Part shown: piece after piece, positions 24,358 through 32,000 of the stretch
Position numbering within the stretch: the stretch's first letter is position 1
Layout: each line of letters starts with the position of its first letter
Source of the DNA: Fibrobacteraceae bacterium
GTDB taxonomy: Bacteria > Fibrobacterota > Fibrobacteria > Fibrobacterales > Fibrobacteraceae
Reading direction: 5' to 3'
Length of the DNA: 32,000 nucleotides
Assembly (NCBI GenBank): GCA_017631885.1
Contig: JAGBSH010000017.1
Coordinates: 57,044 to 89,043 of the forward strand
Made by a program: the position numbers and the translations under genes
Notes under the pieces: generated by a model
Database searches by the model: none
Seen by the model: only the letters and a program-made list of their open reading frames with translations
What the model was told of the DNA's origin: nothing

Positions 24358-25980
24358 ATGAAAAAAAGAACCATTTTATTCCTAGCTCTTGGCTTGGCTG
24401 CAACACTCCAAGCTCAAAATGCTGCCCCTGAGCAAGCAGCTTCCCCCGCTCCTCAAACAAACCAAACTGCTGTGACGGAGCAAAAATCAACCTCTGACTC
24501 TGCTGCTGTTGCACAAGTTGCTCCAGATTCTGCAAAAGCAACAACCGTTGTTGTGGATTCTAGTGTAACTGCTGCTCCTAGTGCTATTGCTGATTCAGCA
24601 ACTGTTGCTAGTGCACCTGCTGATTCGGCTAAAAAAGAAGCTTTGCCTGTAACAGATACTGTTCTTGTTGTTCAAGCACCTGCTGATTCTGCCGTAAAGC
24701 CAGTTGCTGATACAACCACTGCAGCGGTTCAAGCTCCTGCTGATTCGGCTAAAGCTCCTGTTGACTCTGCTTTAGTAAAACAAGAACCAAAAGCAGATTC
24801 TGTTGTAGCCCAAGTAGTGGCTGAGCCTGCAAAAGCTCCTGTTGACTCTGCTTCTACAAAACAAGAAAAAGCAAAGGTCGCAAAAGCTCCTGCCAATAAG
24901 TTAGGTGAAATCGTTCATGGGAACGCTTATAATACAGTCGGTAACGAAGCGGCTGCTGCAACCATTGGAAGTAATTTGAATTCTCCTCATAGAATGCATG
25001 GTTCTAAATTGGTTTATTTTGACCCAATTGCAGAACAAGGCGTTCTTGCTTTTGGTAATTCATTGACCTATTTCCTTTCTTTCAGCAATGAAAATAATCT
25101 TGGCCTTTTAAGTGCTGGTATGGCTTTTGGCAAGTTTGGTTTTGCTATTGATTATGCAATGGCTAAAGCTTGGCGCTATACAGACCATGCTGATGGCACT
25201 TCTGAAACAGAAAAAAATACCGCTGCTGGATCTATTGTCGGTGCTAAAGCTTCTATGAATTTTGGTTCTTTTGATGTAGCTATTGCCGGACATTACCAAA
25301 CCCCATACGGAAACGCTCTCTTGAGCCTTCCGCACTCCGAACAAGAATATGATGCTTGGGCTGCTGATGGTTACTTAGGCCTTTCTTATAGTGGTGATCT
25401 TATCTATTGGACTTTAGGTGTTGGTGCTGTCAGAAACGATGCTAAGTTCAAATCAAGCGTTTCAGAAATTAAAGTGATTGATGGTCAGACTTATTTAGCA
25501 ACCACAAAAACAACTATTTCTGATACTCTTTCAAATATTGAAATTCTCCCAGAATTCAGTATTGGTGCAACTGCATTGTCTTCTGAAAATGCAAATGTTT
25601 ACCTTGGTTTGAATGCCGCTGGTGCTGTCGTTGTATTTGATGAAATCACCGGCATCAATGATAGACATCATGAAGCAGTATTACTTCTTACACCAAATAT
25701 TTTAGGCGAAGTAATGCTTAGCAAATATTTTATGGCTTTCGGTGGGGCTAGTTATAATTGGGTAGCAGCTCAATATTCCGACCGCGAGCTCAATAACGAA
25801 GCAAACAAGACCATTTTAACAGCCACTAATTCTACAACAGTTAACTTGGGTGCTCGTTTTGAGTATGGTCCTGCAGCCATTGAATTAGCTTTTGAAAAGA
25901 CATTCTTACAAAACCCATTTGGCGCATTTTCTAGCACCGATGGTATTGTAACATCTCTTGGTGCATTCATTAACTTCTAA
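24358..25980 (+). CDS. outer-membrane beta-barrel protein with an N-terminal Ala/Pro/Asp/Ser repeat linker
   Basis: Signal peptide MKKRTILFLALGLAATLQAQN. About 150 aa of PADSAKAPVDSA-type repeats. The C-terminal about 350 aa have alternating amphipathic strands and end in ...GAFINF (terminal Phe typical of OMPs). Confidence 0.75.
   Translation: MKKRTILFLALGLAATLQAQNAAPEQAASPAPQTNQTAVTEQKSTSDSAAVAQVAPDSAKATTVVVDSSVTAAPSAIADSATVASAPADSAKKEALPVTDTVLVVQAPADSAVKPVADTTTAAVQAPADSAKAPVDSALVKQEPKADSVVAQVVAEPAKAPVDSASTKQEKAKVAKAPANKLGEIVHGNAYNTVGNEAAAATIGSNLNSPHRMHGSKLVYFDPIAEQGVLAFGNSLTYFLSFSNENNLGLLSAGMAFGKFGFAIDYAMAKAWRYTDHADGTSETEKNTAAGSIVGAKASMNFGSFDVAIAGHYQTPYGNALLSLPHSEQEYDAWAADGYLGLSYSGDLIYWTLGVGAVRNDAKFKSSVSEIKVIDGQTYLATTKTTISDTLSNIEILPEFSIGATALSSENANVYLGLNAAGAVVVFDEITGINDRHHEAVLLLTPNILGEVMLSKYFMAFGGASYNWVAAQYSDRELNNEANKTILTATNSTTVNLGARFEYGPAAIELAFEKTFLQNPFGAFSSTDGIVTSLGAFINF
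24515..24895 (+). repeat. in-frame degenerate tandem repeats inside the OMP gene
   Basis: AAAGCTCCTGTTGACTCTGCT occurs twice exactly, and CCTGCTGATTCGGCTAAA occurs twice. The peptide units (A)P(A/V)DSA(K/V) recur at least 8 times. Confidence 0.75.
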
Positions 25981-25995
25981 TCAAGTTAAAGCAAC

Positions 25996-26026
25996 AAAAA
26001 AGTCTGCCCTTAAGGCAGACTTTTTT
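25996..26026. terminator. bidirectional terminator shared by the OMP gene (+) and tRNA-Ala (-)
   Basis: AAAAAAGTCTGCC / GGCAGACTTTTTT: an 8-bp GC core with A/T extensions on both sides. Confidence 0.85.
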
Positions 26027-26033
26027 GTTTTTA

Positions 26034-26106
26034 TGGAGCTAAGGAGATTCGAACTCCTGACCCCTTGCATGCCATGCAAGTGCTCTACCAACTGAGCTAT
26101 AACCCC
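26034..26106 (-). tRNA. tRNA-Ala (anticodon GGC)
   Basis: The reverse complement is GGGGTTATAGCTCAGTTGGTAGAGC...; anticodon stem CTTGC/GCAAG with loop ATGGCAT. The acceptor stem carries the G3:U70 Ala identity pair. Confidence 0.9.
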
Positions 26107-26115
26107 GCGTGCAAA

Positions 26116-26146
26116 CAAAGAGAGAAAATAAACGCTACTTTGTCAA
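26116..26146 (-). promoter_or_regulatory. candidate promoter of tRNA-Ala (weaker -10)
   Basis: Minus strand reads TTGACA-N17-TCTCTTTG, ending 9 nt before the tRNA 5' end. Confidence 0.35.
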
Positions 26147-26188
26147 GGGTTGGCTCAAAAGATTTAGCAAAAACTATGGCAAAAAAAA

Positions 26189-26737
26189 TTAAGCTACAGT
26201 TTCAATTGTAACAGATTCAATTAAAACGTCTTCGTATGGTCTATCACTTCTGTCAGTTTTAACACCTGCAATAGCATCCAATACATCAAAGCCTTCATAA
26301 AGCTGGCCAAAAACAGTATAACCATCAGAAGGACCGCCATCTTCTGGGTGATCTAAGAAATGAGTCCCTTCTTCTGGGTGAACAATGTAAAACTGGCTAC
26401 CAATAGAATGAGGCATAGCTGTTTTTGCCCAAGCCACTGCTCCACGAATATGAGAAAGACGAATATCATATTTATCGCCAATCGTTGAACCAGGACCTTT
26501 TGCCGCATGACCACCAGTACCATTTCTACGTGTAAAATCGCCACCTTGAATCATAAAGCCACTGATAATTCTGTGGAATGGTGCATTTTCATATTTCCCT
26601 TGCTTTGCAAGTTCAATAAAGTTTTCAGCAGCAACGCCAACAATTTCTGGAAAAAGACGAATTTTCATTGTCCCAAAATTTGTTTTCATAATGGCTATGG
26701 TTTCGCCACTTACAGGTCTATCTTTTTGTCTAAACAT
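26189..26737 (-). CDS. cyclophilin-type peptidyl-prolyl cis-trans isomerase
   Basis: FHRIISGFMIQGGDF and GSQFYIV. GGAG RBS before 26737. Confidence 0.92.
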   Translation of the reverse strand: MFRQKDRPVSGETIAIMKTNFGTMKIRLFPEIVGVAAENFIELAKQGKYENAPFHRIISGFMIQGGDFTRRNGTGGHAAKGPGSTIGDKYDIRLSHIRGAVAWAKTAMPHSIGSQFYIVHPEEGTHFLDHPEDGGPSDGYTVFGQLYEGFDVLDAIAGVKTDRSDRPYEDVLIESVTIETVA

Positions 26738-26796
26738 AAAAACTCCATCGTTTCGGTTTTACCTTAATATAATTAAGAATTTTATTTTTTTCCAAA

Positions 26797-27357
26797 CTAT
26801 TCAACTTTTTCTGTTTCATTTTCTAAATCTTTTCGCCACCAAAAACATTTTAATTCATTTAAAACATCGTCATAATCTTTCATAGTAAAAGTCTTTTCAC
26901 CCTTAATTAAAATAGTATAAGTTATTGAATCAAAGGTTTTATACACATTTGTATCACGAAACCCATTCCGTAAATAAAAACGATGCCGTCTTTTTCTTTG
27001 TTCTTGATTTTCACATATCTGCGTCGGAGATTCCATATCAAGAATAAGTGATTTTGTACTATACTCTCTTATTAATTGAGTAAGAATTTGTTGTCCAAAG
27101 CCTTTTCCACGAAAATCTTTGCGCACTGCAAAATACCAAAACCAATCAAAATTTTTTGCAGGAAAAACAATCGTAAAACCAAGAATTTCTGACTGTTCGC
27201 ATGCGTCTTGATAATAGATAACAAAATCTAAAGACATTTCCCCTACTAATTGTATAAGTCTATCGTAAGGTATTTGCTCTTCTTTTGGAAACGCTTCTTC
27301 GTAAAGCTCTTGGAGCCCTTCTATATGTTCATTTGCTTTGAGTTTTCTAAAACGCAT
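26797..27357 (-). CDS. GNAT-family N-acetyltransferase
   Basis: An acetyl-CoA binding-type segment VRKDFRGKGFGQQILTQL, with overall GNAT length and layout. Confidence 0.82.
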   Translation of the reverse strand: MRFRKLKANEHIEGLQELYEEAFPKEEQIPYDRLIQLVGEMSLDFVIYYQDACEQSEILGFTIVFPAKNFDWFWYFAVRKDFRGKGFGQQILTQLIREYSTKSLILDMESPTQICENQEQRKRRHRFYLRNGFRDTNVYKTFDSITYTILIKGEKTFTMKDYDDVLNELKCFWWRKDLENETEKVE

Positions 27358-27369
27358 TAAGAAATTAAA

Positions 27370-28467
27370 CTAGTTTCCTTCTATGCAACGAACTGAATAA
27401 CCATGATTTTCCCCTGGAGCAAGCTGACGCACCATTTTATCAGACATACGCCCCATAGACCAGAGCCAGATCGTTTTATTTCTGCCATTTTGAGCAGACC
27501 AGAAACCAGCATATTCTCCCATACCTTCGTATTTAAACATTTTGGTTCCAATCATTTTACGATAACCAGAAGAAAATACCGTAAAGCCATATTCATCGGT
27601 ACCACCACCACCTTGCCAACCAGTTGTAGCTTTCATCTTTGAAGCAAAAGCTTCGCAATTCTGAACGCCATCATAACATTTTGTCAAACCAGTCAACATA
27701 TCAGTCCATTCTCTGTCACGCGGTAAATGCCAACCTGGAGGGCAAGCTTTTTTCGCACCAGCTAATGTATAAAGGCGCCCACTTCTTAAACAATAAGACT
27801 CCTGATCTTCATAACACCAAGATTCACCATCTACTTTAAAATTGGCATTTTGTGCAAACCATTTACGCCCTTCAATATCAATTATGCGATACATTTGACC
27901 ATCTCTAGGGTCTTTAAACATAGTAGAAGCTTCTCGAATCAACGCACGTTTTTCTTGTTCTTGTTGACGGAATTTGGCAAGTTCTTCACGTTCAGAAGCT
28001 TCTTTCTTTTCAAAAACTAAATTCCAATATTTTTGAGCTTCTTTATTTGAAAATTTAACCCGAAGTTTACGAATGGCATAAAGTTCTTCATCACAAGCCA
28101 AATCAACGCCTTTAACTTCAACAATCAATTCTTCATCATCAAAAAGTTTTGGTTTATTAAAACAAGAAATCCAGACTTCTTTCGTTTGGTTACAAACTCC
28201 ATAAAAGCCTTTTTCCACCTTATCAGAAGAAACCTGAATTTCACCTGAAACAGTAAAATCAAAATTATCGCTTTTAACTTTAAAGGCGACAGGTTGTTTT
28301 TCACCATAATGCTGGTATTTCATAAAACGAATGTTGCCATCGATTTTGGCACTTAAATATTCACCTTGACCTTCTTCGCCAAAAATAGCATCCCAAGATT
28401 TTTGCGGAGCAGCAAAAAGTAAACCGGTCACAGCCAACATTAAAAAGACTATTTTCATTTTAGTCAT
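27370..28467 (-). CDS. FISUMP-domain (Fibrobacter succinogenes major paralogous domain, TIGR02145-type) secreted protein
   Basis: Start moved to the ATG at 28467 (MTKMKIVFLMLAVTGLLFA), which has an AGAGG RBS; the track N-terminal extension would overlap hemB. The C-terminal segment DPRDGQMYRIIDIEGRKWFAQN...CPPGWHLPRDREWTDM...GYSVRCIEGN matches the FISUMP pattern. Confidence 0.85.
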   Translation of the reverse strand: MTKMKIVFLMLAVTGLLFAAPQKSWDAIFGEEGQGEYLSAKIDGNIRFMKYQHYGEKQPVAFKVKSDNFDFTVSGEIQVSSDKVEKGFYGVCNQTKEVWISCFNKPKLFDDEELIVEVKGVDLACDEELYAIRKLRVKFSNKEAQKYWNLVFEKKEASEREELAKFRQQEQEKRALIREASTMFKDPRDGQMYRIIDIEGRKWFAQNANFKVDGESWCYEDQESYCLRSGRLYTLAGAKKACPPGWHLPRDREWTDMLTGLTKCYDGVQNCEAFASKMKATTGWQGGGGTDEYGFTVFSSGYRKMIGTKMFKYEGMGEYAGFWSAQNGRNKTIWLWSMGRMSDKMVRQLAPGENHGYSVRCIEGN

Positions 28468-28475
28468 AATAACCT

Positions 28476-29483
28476 CTAATTTTTTGAATTTTCCAAAAGA
28501 TACATCGCGGCTTCTTTTGCAAAATAAGTCCAAATAAAACGAGCACCAGCACGTTTAATCGAAAGCAAAGATTCTAGCACGACTGCTTTTCTATCAAGCC
28601 AACCATTTTGAGCTGCTGCTACAATCATAGCATATTCTCCGCTAACCTGGTAAGCAGAAACCGGAATATCAAACGTATCAGCCACTTTTGAAAGGACATC
28701 TAAATAAGGCAAGGCTGGCTTAACCATAACCGCATCAGCACCTTCTTCTATATCTAAACTCACTTCAAGCATTGCTTCTCTTACATTGGCTGGGTCCATC
28801 TGGTATGTTTTCTTATCACCTGCTTTCGGAGCACTACCTAAAGCATCTCTGAATGGGCCGTAAAATGCAGATGCATACTTTGCACTATAAGCCATGATGC
28901 TTGTATTTTCTAAACCCGCACCATCTAAAGCTTCGCGAATCGCTCCAATACGACCATCCATCATATCAGATGGGCAAACAAAATCAGCGCCCGCTTTTCC
29001 ATGACTGACAGCCATTTTACAAAGGACTTCAACCGTTTCATCATTTAAAATCTCACCGGTTGCTGAAACAATTCCATCATGACCTTCTGCATTAAACGGA
29101 TCTAGCGCTACATCTGTCATCACTAACAACTGAGGAAATTTTTCTTTTATTTGCCGAATAGCTCTTTGCACTAACCCATCTTCAGCATAAGAAAGTGTCG
29201 CTTTAGAATCTTTTAGTTCTTCTGCTATCGCCGGAAACGGAGCAATAGCTAAAATTCCTAACTTAACAACCTCTTCTAGTTCACTCAATAAAATGTCTAT
29301 CGTTTTTCTTGTAATGCCTGGCATAGAAGGTATTGCTTCTTCTTTATTATTTCCATCCATTATAAAAACTGGGTAAACAAAATCAGAAACTGAAAGTTTT
29401 GTTTCTGAAAGCATTTCTCTAACTGCTTTTGATTTTCTATTCCGACGAGGACGACGAGTCAAAGGTAAAGAAAATTCTTGCAT
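28476..29483 (-). CDS. hemB: porphobilinogen synthase (delta-aminolevulinate dehydratase), Asp-rich metal-site type
   Basis: Start at 29483 (MQEFSLPLTRRPRRNRKS) with an AAGGA RBS. The active-site region is DVALDPFNAEGHDG (the Asp-rich, non-Cys variant). Also MVKPALPYLD and YQVSGEYAM. Confidence 0.95.
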   Translation of the reverse strand: MQEFSLPLTRRPRRNRKSKAVREMLSETKLSVSDFVYPVFIMDGNNKEEAIPSMPGITRKTIDILLSELEEVVKLGILAIAPFPAIAEELKDSKATLSYAEDGLVQRAIRQIKEKFPQLLVMTDVALDPFNAEGHDGIVSATGEILNDETVEVLCKMAVSHGKAGADFVCPSDMMDGRIGAIREALDGAGLENTSIMAYSAKYASAFYGPFRDALGSAPKAGDKKTYQMDPANVREAMLEVSLDIEEGADAVMVKPALPYLDVLSKVADTFDIPVSAYQVSGEYAMIVAAAQNGWLDRKAVVLESLLSIKRAGARFIWTYFAKEAAMYLLENSKN

Positions 29484-29493
29484 ATTTATTCCT

Positions 29494-30084
29494 TTATTGA
29501 GTGCAGCCACTATCACAACGATTTAAACGGAAACGCATCTGTTGAAACATAACACCTTTTTGATATTTTCTGTAATAACCATGACGCATTCCTTTGAAAA
29601 AATCCATTTCTTCTTTTACTAAACCTTTTGAATCAAATAATCTAGCCTTGCCTTCTAGTTCTCCGTTTTTATAAACAAGAGATTCGCGTTTTACTCCTAA
29701 AGAATCCCATTTTTCAGAAAGCCCGTTTAAAATTCCCTGATTGTATAATTCTCGACTTTCTAATTTACCATTTTCAAAAAATCTTTCTGAAACCCCTTCT
29801 TCTAAATCATTTTTATAATTCACTTTTTCTCGGACTTTTCCAGATGGATAATATGAAAGGGATAACCCCTCCATTTTCCCATCTTTATAAGGCACCTGAA
29901 TCATCAATTTTCCATCGGTATTGTAAGACATTGATAAACCTTCACGAACACTTGTTCCTTTTTTTACAGTATAGCTTCTTGCAAGCGAACCATCACCATA
30001 AGTCGTTTTTATGGTATCTAATGGTTCTAAAGCGAAAAGAGGAATCGCTAGAATCAGAAATATTAAAGTTTTTTTTACCATCAT
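29494..30084 (-). CDS. secreted MORN-repeat-variant (YwqK-like) protein
   Basis: Signal peptide MMVKKTLIFLILAIPLFA. Repeated G......Y..(N/S)GK(L/V).....YK(D/N)G..EG units. Confidence 0.78.
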   Translation of the reverse strand: MMVKKTLIFLILAIPLFALEPLDTIKTTYGDGSLARSYTVKKGTSVREGLSMSYNTDGKLMIQVPYKDGKMEGLSLSYYPSGKVREKVNYKNDLEEGVSERFFENGKLESRELYNQGILNGLSEKWDSLGVKRESLVYKNGELEGKARLFDSKGLVKEEMDFFKGMRHGYYRKYQKGVMFQQMRFRLNRCDSGCTQ

Positions 30085-30136
30085 TTCACAAATAAATTTA
30101 ACAAATCTCTAAAGATAATCTATCTTGTGGGGGCTT

Positions 30137-31639
30137 ATGCGCATAACTTTTCTAAATCCTCCGTTTCACCCGATGTTTAGCCGGGAATCTCGCAGCCCTT
30201 GCGTGACTAAATCGAGTACGCTTTATTGGCCGATGTTTTTAAGCTATGCCGCTGGTTCTGCCGAAGCCGAAGGGCATGAAATTCAATTAATTGACTCTCC
30301 GGCAATGAGTTTAAATCTGCAAGAAACTATTGAAAAGATTAAACCCTTTTCACCAGAACTTTTTATTGTAAGCACTAGCACCCCAAGTATTCTAAATGAT
30401 TTAAAAGTTGTTAAAGCTTTAAAAGAAACCTTTAATGTTCCTGTTGCTATTATGGGAACCCATGCAAGTGCTGAGCCCCTTGAAAGCCTTGAAATGGAAA
30501 GTGCTTTAGATTATTGCATTATTGGCGAAGCTGATAGAACCGTCTGTAAACTAGCTTCTCTCATTGAAGGTAAAATTCAAAATGCCAATGAAATATCTGG
30601 TCTTGCTTTTAGAAAAGAAGATGGTTCTATAGACTTTCAGCCAGAAGGCCCTAAAATTGAAAATTTAGATTCTCTCCCATGGGTCAGTAAAGTTTACCAC
30701 AAGCACCTTTATTCTTGTTATAAACGTTATTTCTATGGAGCAAACCTTAATCCACTTATTGTCATTCTTTCTGGTAGAGGTTGCCCGAACCGTTGTAGCT
30801 ATTGCGTTATTCCACAAACCATCAATGGACACGTTTTCCGTAAACGCTCTCCCAAAGATGTTGTTGACGAGTTAGAATTTATCTTAAATAACTTTGAGGA
30901 TTTAGGTGAAGTCTTTTTTGAAGACGATACTTTTACCGCAGATCCAAAACATGTCCGTGCGATTTGTGAACTTATTCTTGAACGCAAATTAAAAATCACT
31001 TGGAGTTGTAATGCCAGAGCCGATGTGCCGCTTGATTTATTACAACTTATGAAAAAAGCAGGCGCCCGAGAAATGTGCGTTGGTTTTGAAAGTGCAAGTC
31101 CTGAAGTTCTAAAAAATATCCGCAAAGGTGTAAAAAACACAGACAAAGCCATAGAATTTGTAAAAAATGCTCGCAAAGCAAATTTACTTGTTCATGGTTG
31201 CTTTATGGTGGGTAACCCAGGAGACACGCCAGAAACTCTCCGTATGACGCTTGATTATGCTAAAAAACTTTCTCCTAATACGGCTCAATTCTACCCCATT
31301 ATGGCGTATCCAGGAACAGAAGCTTATAAAGAGGCTTTAGAAAGTGGAGCTTTACAGACAAAAGACTACAACCAATGGCTAGATAAAGATGGTTTCCACA
31401 GAACCACTATCCAACGCGGAGAACTATCAAGCCAAGATCTTGTTGATTTTTGTGACAAAGCAAGACGTGAATTTTATTTACGTCCTTCATACATTTTGCG
31501 CCAAGGCATTATGTCTATAAAAAATCCTAGAGAACGTTATCGCGTTTTACGTGGTTTTAAAACTCTTGTAAAGCATTTGTTCAGAAAACACGGCTCACTT
31601 GCGCCTATTGCAAGACAAGCCCCGACAAATAAAGCTTGA
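30137..31639 (+). CDS. B12-binding-domain radical SAM protein (class B type)
   Basis: Start at the ATG at 30137 (MRITFLNPPF). N-terminal Rossmann-like B12-binding-type region. CPNRCSYC is a CxxxCxxC radical SAM cluster motif. Confidence 0.88.
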   Translation: MRITFLNPPFHPMFSRESRSPCVTKSSTLYWPMFLSYAAGSAEAEGHEIQLIDSPAMSLNLQETIEKIKPFSPELFIVSTSTPSILNDLKVVKALKETFNVPVAIMGTHASAEPLESLEMESALDYCIIGEADRTVCKLASLIEGKIQNANEISGLAFRKEDGSIDFQPEGPKIENLDSLPWVSKVYHKHLYSCYKRYFYGANLNPLIVILSGRGCPNRCSYCVIPQTINGHVFRKRSPKDVVDELEFILNNFEDLGEVFFEDDTFTADPKHVRAICELILERKLKITWSCNARADVPLDLLQLMKKAGAREMCVGFESASPEVLKNIRKGVKNTDKAIEFVKNARKANLLVHGCFMVGNPGDTPETLRMTLDYAKKLSPNTAQFYPIMAYPGTEAYKEALESGALQTKDYNQWLDKDGFHRTTIQRGELSSQDLVDFCDKARREFYLRPSYILRQGIMSIKNPRERYRVLRGFKTLVKHLFRKHGSLAPIARQAPTNKA

Positions 31640-31656
31640 TTATTCCTAAAATTTTA

Positions 31657-31686
31657 AAATAAACAGGTATAAAAACCTGTTTATTT
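31657..31686 (+). terminator. AT-rich terminator hairpin after the radical SAM gene
   Basis: AAATAAACAGG (31657-31667) / CCTGTTTATTT (31676-31686) with an 8-nt loop. The descending arm is T-rich. Confidence 0.55.
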
Positions 31687-31867
31687 TGAGGCTTTGTAGT
31701 AAAAGAAATTACCATATATTTTTCATTCTTTTCTCCACTCTCATTTACTATCAAAACCGCTTATTTTAAAATAAAATAAGCATTTTTACAGATAAATCTG
31801 ATTGTTTTTCAACATTCATTTTGTTTAATTTGTATGTAAAAGACCGATTTTTTTTAGCATGCCTGTC

Positions 31868-31897
31868 TTTACAAACAAATTTTATTTTTTATCTTTG
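31868..31897 (+). promoter_or_regulatory. candidate promoter of rpsP
   Basis: TTTACA-N16-TATCTTTG, about 30 nt before the rpsP ATG. Confidence 0.45.
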
Positions 31898-31927
31898 GCT
31901 TGAAACTTTTATTATGAGGTAATTATC

Positions 31928-32000
31928 ATGGCAACCGCAATTCGTCTTTCACGTTTTGGCAAGCGTCATTCTCCTATCTATCGTGTAGTTGTTATCGATA
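31928..32000 (+). CDS. rpsP: 30S ribosomal protein S16, 5' end (runs off the right edge)
   Basis: Hand-translated MATAIRLSRFGKRHSPIYRVVVID, the conserved S16 N-terminus. GAGG RBS upstream. Confidence 0.9.
   Translation, partial: MATAIRLSRFGKRHSPIYRVVVID

Noticed and set aside
30085-31927. A RiPP precursor peptide next to the radical SAM gene.
   Set aside because: Only trivial ORFs are found in the flanks (5-14 codons with no RBS), and there are no accompanying protease or transporter genes.

Overview
This window looks like a chromosomal segment of a Fibrobacter-type (Fibrobacterota) genome; that assignment is an inference from three lineage-typical paralogous families: a TIGR02147-type HTH protein, a fibro-slime/PA14-like protein and a FISUMP-domain protein. 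These sit among housekeeping genes (pgi, hisH, hemB, rpsP 5' end, cyclophilin PPIase, pseudouridine synthase, Ppx/GppA, ApaH-like phosphatase). Other genes are an RND efflux pair, a GH5 cellulase, a repeat-bearing outer-membrane beta-barrel, an XPB-type helicase, a GGGP-synthase (PcrB/GGGPS) homologue and a B12-binding radical SAM enzyme. Four single tRNA genes (Gln-CTG, Thr-CGT, Arg-TCT, Ala-GGC) all lie on the minus strand. I saw no transposase, integrase, CRISPR array, phage gene or recognisable defence gene. The most unusual signal is non-coding. A GC-rich, stop-codon-poor modular repeat element is present twice in inverted orientation (about 2771-3320 and 15918-16300). It shares a perfectly conserved 40-nt 'head', REP-like TTGTCATTGCGA hairpins and a recurring CCGCGG-containing 20-mer. 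The two copies bracket a 12.6-kb block of eight genes. Secondary points of interest: an oxidoreductase fused to a TolB-like propeller, a cluster of Fibrobacter-specific unknown-function genes with candidate operator repeats, a bacterial GGGPS, a bacterial XPB with the RED motif, an AT-rich left edge encoding two small secreted proteins, and a recurrent TTGACA-N16/17-TAnnTTTG promoter pattern. All calls are by eye from the sequence and the ORF track; no searches were run.
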